DNA of 64,000 nucleotides from an uncultured Acidimicrobiales bacterium (GCA_963796415.1 CAWCLR010000014.1:157973-221972), one strand, 5' to 3'. Shown: positions 11,531 through 22,720, numbered from the stretch's first letter. The notes: a model not told the origin generated them from the letters alone. A program made the numbers and translations.

Positions 11531-14500
11531 CGGCGGCGGGGAAGGGCGCGGCCTCGACGCCGATCTCGCTCATCCGGGCGCCGTAGCCCTGGTAGGCGCG
11601 GCGGGCCTCGCCCTGCTGGCCGGCCCCGAGGTGGGCGCGCACGAGGCCGAGGTGGGCGTGCTCGTCGTAGGGATCGTGCTCGAGGACGCGCAGGTAGCAG
11701 CGCACGCCTGTCGCCGGGTCGCCGGCGGCCACGCTGTCGTCGGCGAGGGTGCGGGCCACCCAGATGTAGGCGGCGCGGGTGCGCTCGCGCAGCGACACGG
11801 TCCAGTCCTCGTAGGGGTCCTCGGGGAAGGCGTCGCCGACGTAGGCGGCCTCCGCGGCGGCCAGCGTGTCGATGGCGGCCGGCGACGGTCCCGGCTTGCG
11901 TTCGGTGACGGCGCGAGACGCCAGCTCGTGGAAGCGGTCGACGTCGACGTCGGCGTGCGTGCCGTCGATCCACAGGGTGTCGTTGTCGGCACCGAGGTAC
12001 CACCCCCCGGGGTGCCGCTTGCCGGGGTCGAGGACCGCCCGCGCCGTGCTGAGCGCCACCGAGAGGCGGCTGGCGGTCTGGGCGGGCGGGTCGTCGGGCC
12101 ACAGCAGCTCGAGCAGCGTCTCGCGGTGGACCGGCCGCCCGCCCCGGGCGATCAGGATCTTCACCAGGTCGCGGGCCTTGCGGGACTTCCACTCGCCGAC
12201 GGGGACGGGCACGCCGTCCCGCAGCACGGCGAACCCGCCGAGGCACTGGACGGCCAGGGGCGGGGTGGCGGGCGCGGCCGACGCCAGTGCGGCGGCGGCG
12301 GTGGCCAACCGGCGGGCGCCCAGCGGGCGGAGCAGGCGTTCGGCCCGCCGGGCGTGGTCCGCGGACCCGGGGCCGCCGAGCCGGGCGAGGGCGAGCAGGG
12401 CCCGGCCCTGGCCGAGCGGACTCGCCAGCTCCTCCCACAGGGCCAGCGCCTCGGCCAGCGCGGCACGGGCGTCGTCGTCGCGCCGCCGGCGAGGGCGGCC
12501 CGCAGCTCGACCGCCTCGGCCACGGCGGCGCGGTCGCGGCGGTCGCGGGCGATGGCGACGGCGCGGTCCGCGACCTCCCGCGCCCCGGCCACGTCGCCGG
12601 CCGCGTGGGCGACCCACGCCTGGGCCAGCAGCGCCCCGGTCTCGCCGAGCCCGCCGCCGGACGCGGCCACGGCCTCGTCGGCCAGCGCCCGCGCCCGCTC
12701 GGGGTCGTCGACCGCCACCAGCCGGGCCAGTCCGCCGAGGGCGGGGACGAGGCCCTGCAGGTCGCCGGACCGACGCGCCACGTCGACCGCTTCGGTGTAC
12801 GCGGCGTAGGCGAGAGCGGTCTGCCCTCGGGCGGCGTGCAGGTCGCCGGCCTGCCCGAGGGGATAGGACACGAGGAGCGATCCCATGCGCTGGAAGATGG
12901 CCTTCGAGCCCTGCACGTCGTCGAGCGCCTCGTCGATGTGGCCGAGCGCGCCGCGGGCCTCGCCGCGGTTGCACAACGCGATCGCCTTGAACGAGCCGTA
13001 GCCGCCGAGGTCGGCCAGGCCGATGGCGAGGTCGAGCTCGGCGATGGCCTCGTCGTGGAAGCCCTCCTCGTTGAGGCGCGAGCCCCGGTTGAGGCGGATG
13101 CGGATGATCTGCAGCACGTCGCCGGCCCGCTCGGCGTGGTCGAGGGCGCGGAGGTAGTGGGTGTCGTTGGCCAGCCGGTCGCCGTCGTGGGCGGCGACCA
13201 GTGCCAGCACGGTGTGGGCGGCCGCCAGGGCCCGGTCGTCGCCGCTCCGCCGGGCCCGGGCCATGGCGTCGGCCGCGAGGTCGCGGCAGCGATCGGCGTC
13301 GCCCCGCAGCCAGTGGGCCGTGGCGGTCCAGCACGCGAGCAGGGCCTGGTCGGTGAGGGTGTCGGCGGGGGTGTCGTCCGCCTCGTCCGAGCGCGCCGCG
13401 GCCGTAGACCGCGAGGGCGGTGTCGAGGTCGCCGCGCAGGTGGTGGATGAGGCCCCAGCGCCAGGCCAGGCCCGCGTCGAGCGGGCCGGGCGTGTCGGCG
13501 GCGGCGCGCTCGTAGCAGGCCACGGCGGCGTCCCATTCGCCGACGAGCTGGCGGGCGTCGCCCTCCAGGCGGTGCACCTCGGGCGACCGGTCGGCCTCGG
13601 GCACCCGGGCAACCGCGTCGAGGACGACATCGGCCTCTCCGGACCGCACCAGGGCGGGGCCCCAGCCGGTGACCAGCCCGACGGAGTCGGGGCTGGTGCC
13701 GGCGGCGAGCGCGCACCGCACGGCGGCCGCGGGCTGGTCGTGCTCGCCGAACCAGCGGGCGGCCGCTTCGAGCGTCTCGGCCCGCACGTGGCGGGCGGCG
13801 GGGGAGGCGGCGATCACCTCCCGGAGGAGGGCGTTGACCCGCAGCCACGACCGGCCGCGGCCGGGGGCGTCCACCACCATGCCCCGGCGCACCAGCCCGC
13901 CGAGCGCAGCCGGGTCGCCCGGCGCGAGCGCCTCGGCCAGCTCGGGAGTGAAGCGGTCGAGGACGGCGAGGCGTACCAGCAGGTCGCGGCGGGGCGGGGG
14001 CTCGCCCGCGATCACCTCGTCGGCCAGGTAGTCGTGCACGACGCCGCCGGGCCGGCGCAGGCGGTCGAGCGCGGCGCCGCGACCCGCGGGCTCGACCCTC
14101 ACCAGCGCCTCGCTGGCGAGGCGCACCGCGGCCGGCCATCCCGCGGTCACCGCATGCAGCTCGGCGGCGAGGCGGGCCGCGTCGGCGTCTCCCGGGGCCG
14201 CGGCCAGCGCGCCCTCGAGGACCTCGGCCGTCTCGCCGGCCGTGAAGGCGAGGTCGGCGGCCGACAGCTCGGCGAGCAGGCCCTGACCCCGCAGCCGGGC
14301 GACGGCGAACGGGGTGTCGCCCCGCGACGCCACGACGATGTGCAGCGGCGGCGATGCCTGGCGGCAGAGCGCGGCGAGGAACGCCACCGAGGGCGCACTG
14401 TCGAGCATCTCGACGTCGTCGAGCACGAGGACGATCGGCCGCGGGCGCGCCTCGGCGACGGCCGCGCAGATCCGCCCCGCGTAGGCCTGGGCCCGGCCGG

Positions 14501-14822
14501 CTTCGTCGGTGCCCGTGTCGGGCCCCCGCGGCCCGCTGACCGCGGTGACGAGGTCGGTGGGCAGCCCGGGGACGCAGAGGCGGAGCGCGTCGGTCACCGC
14601 GCGCACCAGGGCGGACAGCGTGCGGTCGCCCGCGGTCATGCCGTGCCAGGCCGACATGGCGTGGGGCGTGGTCTCGGCCCAGTGGCTGAGCAGGGTGGTC
14701 TTGCCGAACCCGGGGCCGGCGACGACGCAGGTCAGGCGCCGCGCGCCGAGCGCGTCGTCGAGGCGCTGCTCGAGGGCCGGGCGGCCGATCGTCGACGGCT
14801 GGAGCGGGCTCCGCCCGGTCAT
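11508..14822 (-). pseudogene. large STAND/MalT-like ATPase-TPR regulator with a C-terminal SARP (wHTH+BTAD) domain; two frameshifts
   Basis: The N-terminus has a P-loop (VVAGPGFGKTTLL) and Walker B (IVLVLDDVE). The TPR-like middle part is readable only in the frame of ORF 12161-13630. The C-terminus reads LAVQCLGGFAVLRDGVPV..WKSRKARDLVKILI.. plus BTAD (YLRVLEHDPYDEHAHLGLVRAHL). Frame junctions lie near 13385-13405 and 12471-12490. Confidence 0.8.
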
Positions 14823-14974
14823 GTCGCCTCCGTTGTCGCGGGCCTGCGGCGCACAACGTAGTGGCGCGGCAGGCCGCCCGGCCGGCGACTGACGATTCCG
14901 GCCAACGACGGAACGTCATGGGGATGGCGGGGGTGAGCGTGGCAGCATGGCTGCCAACCGACGAGGGGAGCGAC

Positions 14975-17239
14975 ATGGCGGCGACGGGCACATCGACCAC
15001 ATCGACGGCCTTCCGCACCTGCCCGCTGTGCGAGGCGGGCTGCGGGCTCGAGATCGGGCTGGCCGGCTCCAACGGCGACACCCGGGTCACCCGTATCCGC
15101 GGCGATCGCGAGGACGTGTTCAGCCACGGGTTCATCTGCCCCAAGGGCTCGACCCTCAAGCAGCTCCACGAGGACCCCGACTGGCTGCGACGGCCGCTCG
15201 TGAAGCGCGACGGCGCCTTCGTCGAGGTGAGCTGGGACGAGGCGTTCGCCGAGGTCGAGCGGCGCCTCGGAGCAGTCGTGGACGAGCACGGCCGCGACGC
15301 GTCGGCCATCTACCTCGGCAACCCGAACGCCCACTCGCTCGCGGGCCTGCTGTACCTGCGGCCGTTCGTCCGGGCGCTCGGCACGACCAACGTGTTCTCG
15401 GCCAGCACGGTCGACCAGCGGCCGAAGGAGGTCTCGTCGGGCCTCATGTTCGGCGGGGCCTTGACCGTGCCGGTGCCCGACGTGGACCGCACCGACTTCC
15501 TGCTGATGCTGGGCGCCAACCCGTACGCCTCGAACGGCAGCCTGGCCACCGCCCCCGACTGGCCCGGCCGCATCGAGGCGCTGATCGCCCGGGGCGGCAC
15601 TCTGGTCGTGGTCGACCCGCGGCGGTCGCGCACCGCCGAGGAGGCGACCCAGCACGTGGCCATCCGGCCGGGCGCCGACGCCTTCCTGCTGATGGCGCTC
15701 GTCAACGTGTTGGACGCCGACGGGCTGGTCGACACCGGAGCTGCGGGGGAGTACCTCGCGGGCGTCGACGAGGTGCTGGCCGCGGCCCGGCCGTTCACCC
15801 CCGAGGCCGTGGCGGGCGTGACCGGGGTCGAGGCGGACGTGATCCGGCAGCTGGCCCACGACCTGGCGGCGGCCCCGACGGCGTGCGTCTACGGGCGCAT
15901 CGGCACGACGACCGCGCTCTACGGAACGCTCACGTCGTGGCTGGTCGATGTGCTCAACACGCTGACCGGGAACCTCGACCGGCCCGGCGGGGCGATGTTC
16001 CCCAAGGCCGCGGCCGGCGCCGCCAACACGCGCGGCACTCCGCGGGTCGGCCGTGGGCTGAAGCTCCACCGCCGACGCAGCCGGGTGCGGGGCGTGGGCG
16101 AGACGCTGGGTGAGCTGCCGGTGGCCGTGCTGGCCGAGGAGATCGACACGCCCGGCGACGGTCAGATCCGGGCCCTGGTCACGGTGGCCGGCAACCCGGT
16201 GCTGTCGACGCCCAACGCGGGCCGGCTCGACGCCGCGCTGGCGACGCTCGACTTCTACGTGGCGGTCGACCCCTACGTGAACGAGACGACCCGCCACGCG
16301 GACGTGATCCTGCCGCCCCCCACCGCCCTGCAGAAGGGCCACTACGACCTGGCGCTGCTGCAGCTCGCGCTGCACAACGTGGCCAACTACAGCCCGGCGG
16401 TGCTGCCCCTCGACGAGGGCCAGCTCGACGAGTGGAAGATCCTGGCCCGGCTGGCGCTCGTCGCACAGGGGATGGGCGCCGACGCCGACCCCGCGGTCGT
16501 CGACGACCTGGTCGTCCGGACCCTCATCGACGCCGCGGTCGGCGACGAGACCGGGCCGATCGCGGGGCGCGACCCCGACGAGATCCTCGCCCTGCTGGGC
16601 GAGCGCATCGGGCCCGAGCGGCTGGTCGACCTCATGCTGCGCACCGGCCCCTACGGCGACGGCTTCGGCGCCGATCCCGACGGCCTCACCCTCGACGTGC
16701 TGCTGGCCAACCCGCACGGGGTCGATCTCGGCGCGCTCGAGGCCCGGTTGCCCGACGTGCTGCGCACGCCGTCGGGCATGGTCGAGCTGGCGCCCGAGCC
16801 GATCGTCGCCGACGTGGCCCGCCTGGCGGCCGCCCTCGATGACCCGGCCGGCGGGATGACCCTCATCGGCCGGCGCGACCTGCGCTCCAACAACTCGTGG
16901 ATGCACAACGTCGAGGTCCTGGTGAAGGGCAAGCCCCGGTGCACGCTGCACGTCCACCCCGACGACGCCGCCCGCCTCGGGCTGGCCGACGGGGCGGACG
17001 CGGCCGTGTCGTCGCGGACCGGCCGGGTGGAGGTGCCGGTCGAGGTCACCGACGCCATCCGCCCCGGCGTCGTGAGCATCCCCCACGGCTGGGGGCACGA
17101 CCTCGACGGGGTGGAGCTCGGGGTCGCCCGCCGCCACGCCGGGGTCAACAGCAACCTGCTCGCCGACGACGAGCTCATCGACCCCCTGTCGGGCAACGCC
17201 GTGCTCAACGGCATCCCGGTCGAGGTCGCCCCGGCCTGA
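14975..17239 (+). CDS. molybdopterin-dependent oxidoreductase (formate dehydrogenase/nitrate reductase superfamily)
   Basis: N-terminal 4Fe-4S motif CPLCEAGCG..ICPKG, and molybdopterin-binding and C-terminal dinucleotide-binding regions. ATG 14975 is preceded by GAGGGGAG. Confidence 0.85.
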   Translation: MAATGTSTTSTAFRTCPLCEAGCGLEIGLAGSNGDTRVTRIRGDREDVFSHGFICPKGSTLKQLHEDPDWLRRPLVKRDGAFVEVSWDEAFAEVERRLGAVVDEHGRDASAIYLGNPNAHSLAGLLYLRPFVRALGTTNVFSASTVDQRPKEVSSGLMFGGALTVPVPDVDRTDFLLMLGANPYASNGSLATAPDWPGRIEALIARGGTLVVVDPRRSRTAEEATQHVAIRPGADAFLLMALVNVLDADGLVDTGAAGEYLAGVDEVLAAARPFTPEAVAGVTGVEADVIRQLAHDLAAAPTACVYGRIGTTTALYGTLTSWLVDVLNTLTGNLDRPGGAMFPKAAAGAANTRGTPRVGRGLKLHRRRSRVRGVGETLGELPVAVLAEEIDTPGDGQIRALVTVAGNPVLSTPNAGRLDAALATLDFYVAVDPYVNETTRHADVILPPPTALQKGHYDLALLQLALHNVANYSPAVLPLDEGQLDEWKILARLALVAQGMGADADPAVVDDLVVRTLIDAAVGDETGPIAGRDPDEILALLGERIGPERLVDLMLRTGPYGDGFGADPDGLTLDVLLANPHGVDLGALEARLPDVLRTPSGMVELAPEPIVADVARLAAALDDPAGGMTLIGRRDLRSNNSWMHNVEVLVKGKPRCTLHVHPDDAARLGLADGADAAVSSRTGRVEVPVEVTDAIRPGVVSIPHGWGHDLDGVELGVARRHAGVNSNLLADDELIDPLSGNAVLNGIPVEVAPA

Positions 17240-17317
17240 CCGAACTTGCGACAGATCCGCGGGCTCTACCTCCCCTCATGTCGCGAGTTCCGTCGCAGGA
17301 ACGGGAACGCCGAACGC

Positions 17318-19006
17318 TCAGGCGACGTCGACCACCCGGCCCTCGTCGAGGACGACCACCCGGTCGGCCCGCTCGAGCACGTGCGGGCGGTGGCTGACCA
17401 GCAGCGCGGTGGCGAACCCGCCGTCGGCGACGCGGTCCCACAGCCGGGCCTCGGTGTCGACGTCGAGGGCGCTCGACAGGTCGTCGACCACCAGGAGCTC
17501 GGGCCGGCGGACGAGTGCCCGCGTCGCCCCGGCCCGCTGGATCTGGCCGCCCGACAGGCGCAGCCCCTTCGGGCCGATGACCGTGTCGGTGCCGTGGGGC
17601 ATCGACGCCAGGTCCTCGTCGAGGCACGTGAGCCACAGGGCATGGTCGAGGTCGTCGGCGGGCTCGCCGAGCAGGATCGTGTCGGCGAGCGGCTCGCTGA
17701 ACAGCCGCGGCACCTGCGGGAGGTAGGCGGCCCGGGGCGGCACGAGCACCCGGGACGGGTCGGCCACCGCGGCGCCGTTCCACCGGATCGTGCCCGCGTC
17801 GGTGCCGACCAGGCCCAGCAGGGCCCGGAGCAGCGTCGTCTTGCCCGACCCGACCGGGCCCGTGACCACGATCAGCTCGCCGCGGCGGATCGCCAGGTCG
17901 ACGCCGGTCACGCCGCGCCCCGACACGGGGTGGCGCACGGTGACGCCCTCGAGCCGCACCTCCTCGAGGCTCACGCCGGCGTCGTGGGCCCCACGCGAGG
18001 CGGCCAGCGGGGGCGGGCCGTGGCGCAGCCAGGTCGTCGTGGGGGCGACGACCCCGCGGCGGTCGGGGATCGGCAGCAGCTCGGCCAGCCGGTCGACCGA
18101 CACGTCGGCCTGCCGCTGTACGACCAGGTAGCGGCCGATCCACTTCGGCAGCTCGGCGATCATCGCCGCGTAGGTCACGAACAGGCCGAGGTCGCCGACC
18201 GACAGGTCGCCCCGGCGGAACGTGGATGCCACCACCACCAGGGCGACGCCCGCGGCGATCTCACCGGTGCCGTAGCCGAGGGAGCGGACCAGCTCGGATC
18301 CCACCTGGTCGCGCCGGCCGACGCGGGCCCGCTGGGCGTTGAGCTGGGCGAAGCGGCGGCGGACCGCCACCTCGGCCCCGCCGGACTGGACGGCCAGCAC
18401 GCCGCCGAACGTGTCGCCGATGAACCCCGTCACCCGGGCCGTGGCCTCGCGCGCCTCGCGCCGCCACACCCGCAGGCGGGGGCCCAGCCAGGAGGTCCCG
18501 GCGATGGCGATCACCACCGGCACGGCCACGGCGAGGGCGGCGGCCGGGTCGATCGCGACCAGCACGGCGAGCGCGACCGTGGCGGACACCGCCGCGCCCG
18601 ACAGGTCGAGCCAGACGTCGAGCACCATGGCCACGTCCTGGACGTCGTCGCGGAAGCGGCTGACCGCCTCGCCGGGCGCGCCGGGCAGCCGGCCCGCGGC
18701 GGGGCCGGGGTCGTCGACCAGCGACCGCAGCAGGTTGACCCGGGGCACCGTCTGCCATCCGACCCAGCACCCGTGCCACTGGACGGCGATGGCGATCAGC
18801 CACGTCCACCGCACCGCCTCGATGCCGACCACCGCGGCGATCAGGGTCCACACGCCGGACGTGCTGCCGTCGGCCACCCGGTCGAGGGCGACCTTCACGA
18901 GCAGGCCGGTGAGCAGCGGCAGCGAGAAGAACACCACCCACCCGAACCAGGTCGTCCCGTAGGCGACCGGCTCGTTGCGGGCGAGCCGGAGGGCGACGCG
19001 GGTCAT
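17318..19006 (-). CDS. ABC transporter, fused permease/ATP-binding subunit
   Basis: Six-TM N-terminal half, then Walker A GPVGSGKTTLL, signature LSGGQ and Walker B LLVVDD. The start is taken at MTRVALRL. Confidence 0.85.
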   Translation of the reverse strand: MTRVALRLARNEPVAYGTTWFGWVVFFSLPLLTGLLVKVALDRVADGSTSGVWTLIAAVVGIEAVRWTWLIAIAVQWHGCWVGWQTVPRVNLLRSLVDDPGPAAGRLPGAPGEAVSRFRDDVQDVAMVLDVWLDLSGAAVSATVALAVLVAIDPAAALAVAVPVVIAIAGTSWLGPRLRVWRREAREATARVTGFIGDTFGGVLAVQSGGAEVAVRRRFAQLNAQRARVGRRDQVGSELVRSLGYGTGEIAAGVALVVVASTFRRGDLSVGDLGLFVTYAAMIAELPKWIGRYLVVQRQADVSVDRLAELLPIPDRRGVVAPTTTWLRHGPPPLAASRGAHDAGVSLEEVRLEGVTVRHPVSGRGVTGVDLAIRRGELIVVTGPVGSGKTTLLRALLGLVGTDAGTIRWNGAAVADPSRVLVPPRAAYLPQVPRLFSEPLADTILLGEPADDLDHALWLTCLDEDLASMPHGTDTVIGPKGLRLSGGQIQRAGATRALVRRPELLVVDDLSSALDVDTEARLWDRVADGGFATALLVSHRPHVLERADRVVVLDEGRVVDVA

Positions 19007-19059
19007 CGACCGTGCCCCTCGGGCGGAGGTGGCGCGGGCGCGGGCGGTCTCGGCGCGCG

Positions 19060-20952
19060 TCACGCGACCACCTCCTCGGACAGATCGGGCCCCGTGGCGT
19101 CGTCCACGGGCACGGCGGCGTCGGCGACCCGCGCGGTGCGGCGAAGGCCGGCGTACCGGCTGGTCGGGTCGGCGGCCAGGGCGGCCCGCGGGCCCTGCTC
19201 GGCCACTCGGCCGCGGTCGAGGACCGCGATCTGGTCGACCCGGTCGAGCGTGTCGAGCCGGTGAGCGATGACGACGGCGGTGCGGCCGGTCAGCAGCCGC
19301 TCGGTGGCCCGCGTGATGCGGCGCTCGGTCACCGGGTCGAGCCGGCTCGAGGCCTCGTCGAGGACCACCACCGACGGCTCGGCCAGGAACGCCCGGGCGA
19401 AGGCGAGCAGCTGGCCCTCGCCCGCCGACAGGCCGTGGCTGCCCGACAGGCGCGTGTCGAGGCCGTCGGGTAGGGCGTCCACCCAGGCGCCGAGCCCGAC
19501 CTCGCCGAGGACCGCTCGCAGCTCGTCGTCGGTGGCGGCGCGCCGCCCGAACAGCGTGAGGTTGTCGCGCACCGAGGCCCGGAACAGCTCGACGTCCTGG
19601 GTCACGACCGCCACCCGGTCGCGGAGCGCTTCGAGGGTGAGGGCGCGCACGTCCGTGCCGCCGACGCGCACCGTCCCGCTGCCGGGCGGCACGTCCCAGA
19701 TGCGGGCCAGCAGCCGGCCGATCGTGGTCTTGCCGCTGCCCGTGCGGCCGACGAGCCCGAGGTGGGCCCCGGCCGGCACATGGAGGTCGACGCCCCGCAG
19801 CGCGGGGATGGCCTCGGCGTCGTCGGGGTCGTAGCAGAAGGTGACGTCGTCGAGGTCCACGGCGAGCGGGCTCGCGGGGAGGGACGACCCGTCGTCGGGG
19901 CCGTCGGCGACGCGGGGCTCGGTCGCGAGCAGGGTCGAGGCCCGGCGGGCGCCGGCCATCGCCTTCTGGAACTCCTTGAGCTGCTCGGCGATCTGCTCGA
20001 GCGGCCGGCGCAGCATGTCGGCGTAGCGGTAGAGCGTGAGCACGGCGCCGATCGTGATGACGCCCCGCTGCTGCAGGACGATGCCGGTGACGAGCGTGGC
20101 GGCAGTGCCGACGGCGAACACGACGGCCGAGGCGGCGTAGCTGCCGTCGCCCCGCAGCGAGGCGTGCCGGGCCGCCTGCCACGACCGCGCGCTGTGGCCG
20201 TGCAGGCGGTGGACGGCGTAGCGCCCGGCCCCGTTGGCCCGCAGGTCCTCGAGGCCGCCGAGGCGCTCCTCCAGGTCGCCGTAGAGCTGGGCGTTGACCT
20301 CGCGCTCACGCTCCCGGGCCTCGACCGCGGCCATCCTCAGCCGCACCATCACCGCGGCGCCGGCGCAGGCGGTGACGGTCAGCACGACGCCCGTCCAGAC
20401 GTCGATGACCGTGGCCACGACGAGCATGCCCAGGATCAGGGCCACGTTGCCGGCGATCTGCACGGCCATCCCGGCGAAGAAGATGGCCATCGCCTCGACG
20501 TCGCCGTCGATGCGCTCGATCAGCTGGCCGGGGCTGTGGCGGCCGTGCCACGCCTGCTCGAGCCGCAGCGCGTGGGCGGCCAGACGCTCGCGCAGCCGGT
20601 TGCCCGCTCGCCACGACACCCGCGCCGACCACCAGACGACCACGAGGTCGAGCGCGGCGCTGCCGAGCGCGGCGGCGACGTAGACGGCGGCGATGGCGGT
20701 GAGGGCGGACGTGGTGGCGCCGCCCAGCGCGTCGTCGGCGAACCGGCCGAGCAGCACCGGCAGCGCCAGGCGCAGGGCCATGGACGCGCCGAGGACGGCC
20801 AGGATGCCGGCCATGGACCTGGCCTCGGGCCGGAGCGTGGCGGCGAGCAAGCGCGTCGCCCGCCCATCGGGCTGGGGGAGTGGACGCGACACGGAGGTCC
20901 GACTGTACGGTCCGTGACCCCGCCCCCCGGAGCGAGTTTCCGCGGCCAACAT
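19060..20952 (-). CDS. ABC transporter, fused permease/ATP-binding subunit (partner of the downstream gene)
   Basis: TM half, then GRTGSGKTTIG, LSAGEGQ and VVVLDE. Start uncertain (ATG 20952 or an internal GTG). Confidence 0.85.
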   Translation of the reverse strand: MLAAETRSGGRGHGPYSRTSVSRPLPQPDGRATRLLAATLRPEARSMAGILAVLGASMALRLALPVLLGRFADDALGGATTSALTAIAAVYVAAALGSAALDLVVVWWSARVSWRAGNRLRERLAAHALRLEQAWHGRHSPGQLIERIDGDVEAMAIFFAGMAVQIAGNVALILGMLVVATVIDVWTGVVLTVTACAGAAVMVRLRMAAVEAREREREVNAQLYGDLEERLGGLEDLRANGAGRYAVHRLHGHSARSWQAARHASLRGDGSYAASAVVFAVGTAATLVTGIVLQQRGVITIGAVLTLYRYADMLRRPLEQIAEQLKEFQKAMAGARRASTLLATEPRVADGPDDGSSLPASPLAVDLDDVTFCYDPDDAEAIPALRGVDLHVPAGAHLGLVGRTGSGKTTIGRLLARIWDVPPGSGTVRVGGTDVRALTLEALRDRVAVVTQDVELFRASVRDNLTLFGRRAATDDELRAVLGEVGLGAWVDALPDGLDTRLSGSHGLSAGEGQLLAFARAFLAEPSVVVLDEASSRLDPVTERRITRATERLLTGRTAVVIAHRLDTLDRVDQIAVLDRGRVAEQGPRAALAADPTSRYAGLRRTARVADAAVPVDDATGPDLSEEVVA

Positions 20953-21126
20953 CCGTTCTGTCAGACCTCACCGGTCACATCGCGTGTGAGGTCTGACGGA
21001 CCGCGGCGTTAGGGTGGACGGGCCTCGGGCTGACATGGGTGGCGCTGCTGCGCCCAGCCTGATGACGGACACGCCGCCGGCCACCGGCCCGGTCGGCCCG
21101 ACCCCCCACGTCATCCAGGAGAACCC

Positions 21127-22575
21127 ATGACCATCCTGCACGAGGGCGACTTCAAGGTCGCCGACCTGTCCCTGGCCGACTGGGGCCGCAGGGAGATCCG
21201 CCTCGCCGAGGTCGAGATGCCCGGCCTCATGGCCCTGCGGGCCGAGTTCGCCGACGCCCAGCCGCTCGCGGGCGCCCGGATCATGGGCTCGCTGCACATG
21301 ACCATCCAGACGGCCGTGCTCATCGAGACGCTGACCGTCCTCGGCGCCGACGTGCGCTGGGTGTCGTGCAACATCTTCTCCACCCAGGACCAGGCCGCCG
21401 CCGCGGTCGTCGTCGGCCCGAACGGAACCGTCGACGCCCCGTCGGGCACCCCGGTCTACGCGTGGAAGGGCGAGACGCTCGAGGAGTACTGGTGGTGCAC
21501 CGACCAGGCCCTGCGCTGGCCCGACGGCGGCGGCCCCAACATGATCCTCGACGACGGCGGCGACGCCACGCTGCTCGTCCACAAGGGCGCCGAGTACGAG
21601 AAGGCGGGCGCGATCCCCGAGGCGACCGACGACGACCCGCACGAGTGGCACGTCATCGTCGACACGCTCAAGGCCACGATCGCCGAGAACCCCGGGCGGT
21701 GGACGGCGACCGCCGCCGCCATCAAGGGCGTCACCGAGGAGACGACGACGGGCGTCCACCGCCTGTACCAGATGTTCGAGAACGGGACGCTGCAGTTCCC
21801 GGCCATCAACGTCAACGACTCGGTCACCAAGTCCAAGTTCGACAACCTCTACGGCTGCCGCCACAGCCTGATCGACGGCCTCAACCGGGCCACCGACGTC
21901 ATGATCGGCGGCAAGGTGGCGGTCGTGTGCGGCTACGGCGACGTCGGCAAGGGCTGCGCCCAGTCGCTGCGGGGCCAGGGCGCCCGGGTCGTCATCACCG
22001 AGATCGACCCCATCAACGCCCTGCAGGCCGCCATGGAGGGCTTCCAGGTGACGACGCTCGAGTCGGTGATCGACACCGCCGACATCTTCATCTCGACGAC
22101 GGGCAACAAGGACATCATCTCGGCCGAGCACATGGCCCGGATGAAGCACAACGCCATCGTCGGCAACATCGGGCACTTCGACAACGAGATCGACATCGCC
22201 GGGCTCGAGCGCCTCAGCGACGTCCAGAAGGTCGAGATCAAGCCCCAGGTCCACGAGTTCGTGTTCCCCGACGGGCACTCGATCATCATGCTGGCCGAGG
22301 GCCGGCTGCTGAACCTGGGCTGCGCCACCGGCCACCCCAGCTTCGTGATGTCGATGAGCTTCACCAACCAGGTGCTCGCCCAGATCGAGCTGTTCACGAA
22401 GACCGACAACTACCCGCTCGGTGTGTACGTGCTGCCCAAGCAGCTCGACGAGAAGGTGGCCCGGCTGCACCTCGACGCCCTCGGGGTGAAGCTGACCAAG
22501 CTGACGTCCGATCAGGCCGCCTACATCGGCGTGCCGGTCGAGGGCCCCTACAAGGCCGACCACTACCGGTACTGA
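21127..22575 (+). CDS. ahcY: adenosylhomocysteinase
   Basis: Full-length match to the SAH hydrolase pattern ([41 protein letters not shown]). Confidence 0.95.
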   Translation: MTILHEGDFKVADLSLADWGRREIRLAEVEMPGLMALRAEFADAQPLAGARIMGSLHMTIQTAVLIETLTVLGADVRWVSCNIFSTQDQAAAAVVVGPNGTVDAPSGTPVYAWKGETLEEYWWCTDQALRWPDGGGPNMILDDGGDATLLVHKGAEYEKAGAIPEATDDDPHEWHVIVDTLKATIAENPGRWTATAAAIKGVTEETTTGVHRLYQMFENGTLQFPAINVNDSVTKSKFDNLYGCRHSLIDGLNRATDVMIGGKVAVVCGYGDVGKGCAQSLRGQGARVVITEIDPINALQAAMEGFQVTTLESVIDTADIFISTTGNKDIISAEHMARMKHNAIVGNIGHFDNEIDIAGLERLSDVQKVEIKPQVHEFVFPDGHSIIMLAEGRLLNLGCATGHPSFVMSMSFTNQVLAQIELFTKTDNYPLGVYVLPKQLDEKVARLHLDALGVKLTKLTSDQAAYIGVPVEGPYKADHYRY

Positions 22576-22720
22576 TCGGTGAGGGTCTGCGGATAGGTCA
22601 CGTCGCCTCGTCCTCGGCGGCTGCGCCGCCGAGAGCGCAACGAGGTTGCTTCCCGCTCCTGGCGCCTACGGCGCCGGGCCGCTCGGGCCACGGCCTCGCC
22701 TATCGGCTCGGCCTCTTCCG

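Noticed and set aside
14823-14974. Moco riboswitch upstream of the molybdopterin oxidoreductase
   Set aside because: Only a GCCUCCG heptamer and generic GC-rich hairpins are present. The conserved GCCUCCGAGCC / AAAGGAG pattern is not visible.
11155-15309. 1384-aa ORF on the - strand spanning the regulator and the oxidoreductase start
   Set aside because: Its translation is Arg/Pro/Gly/Ala-rich nonsense with no motifs. It is an alternative frame of real genes, the usual stop-codon-poor artefact of high-G+C DNA.
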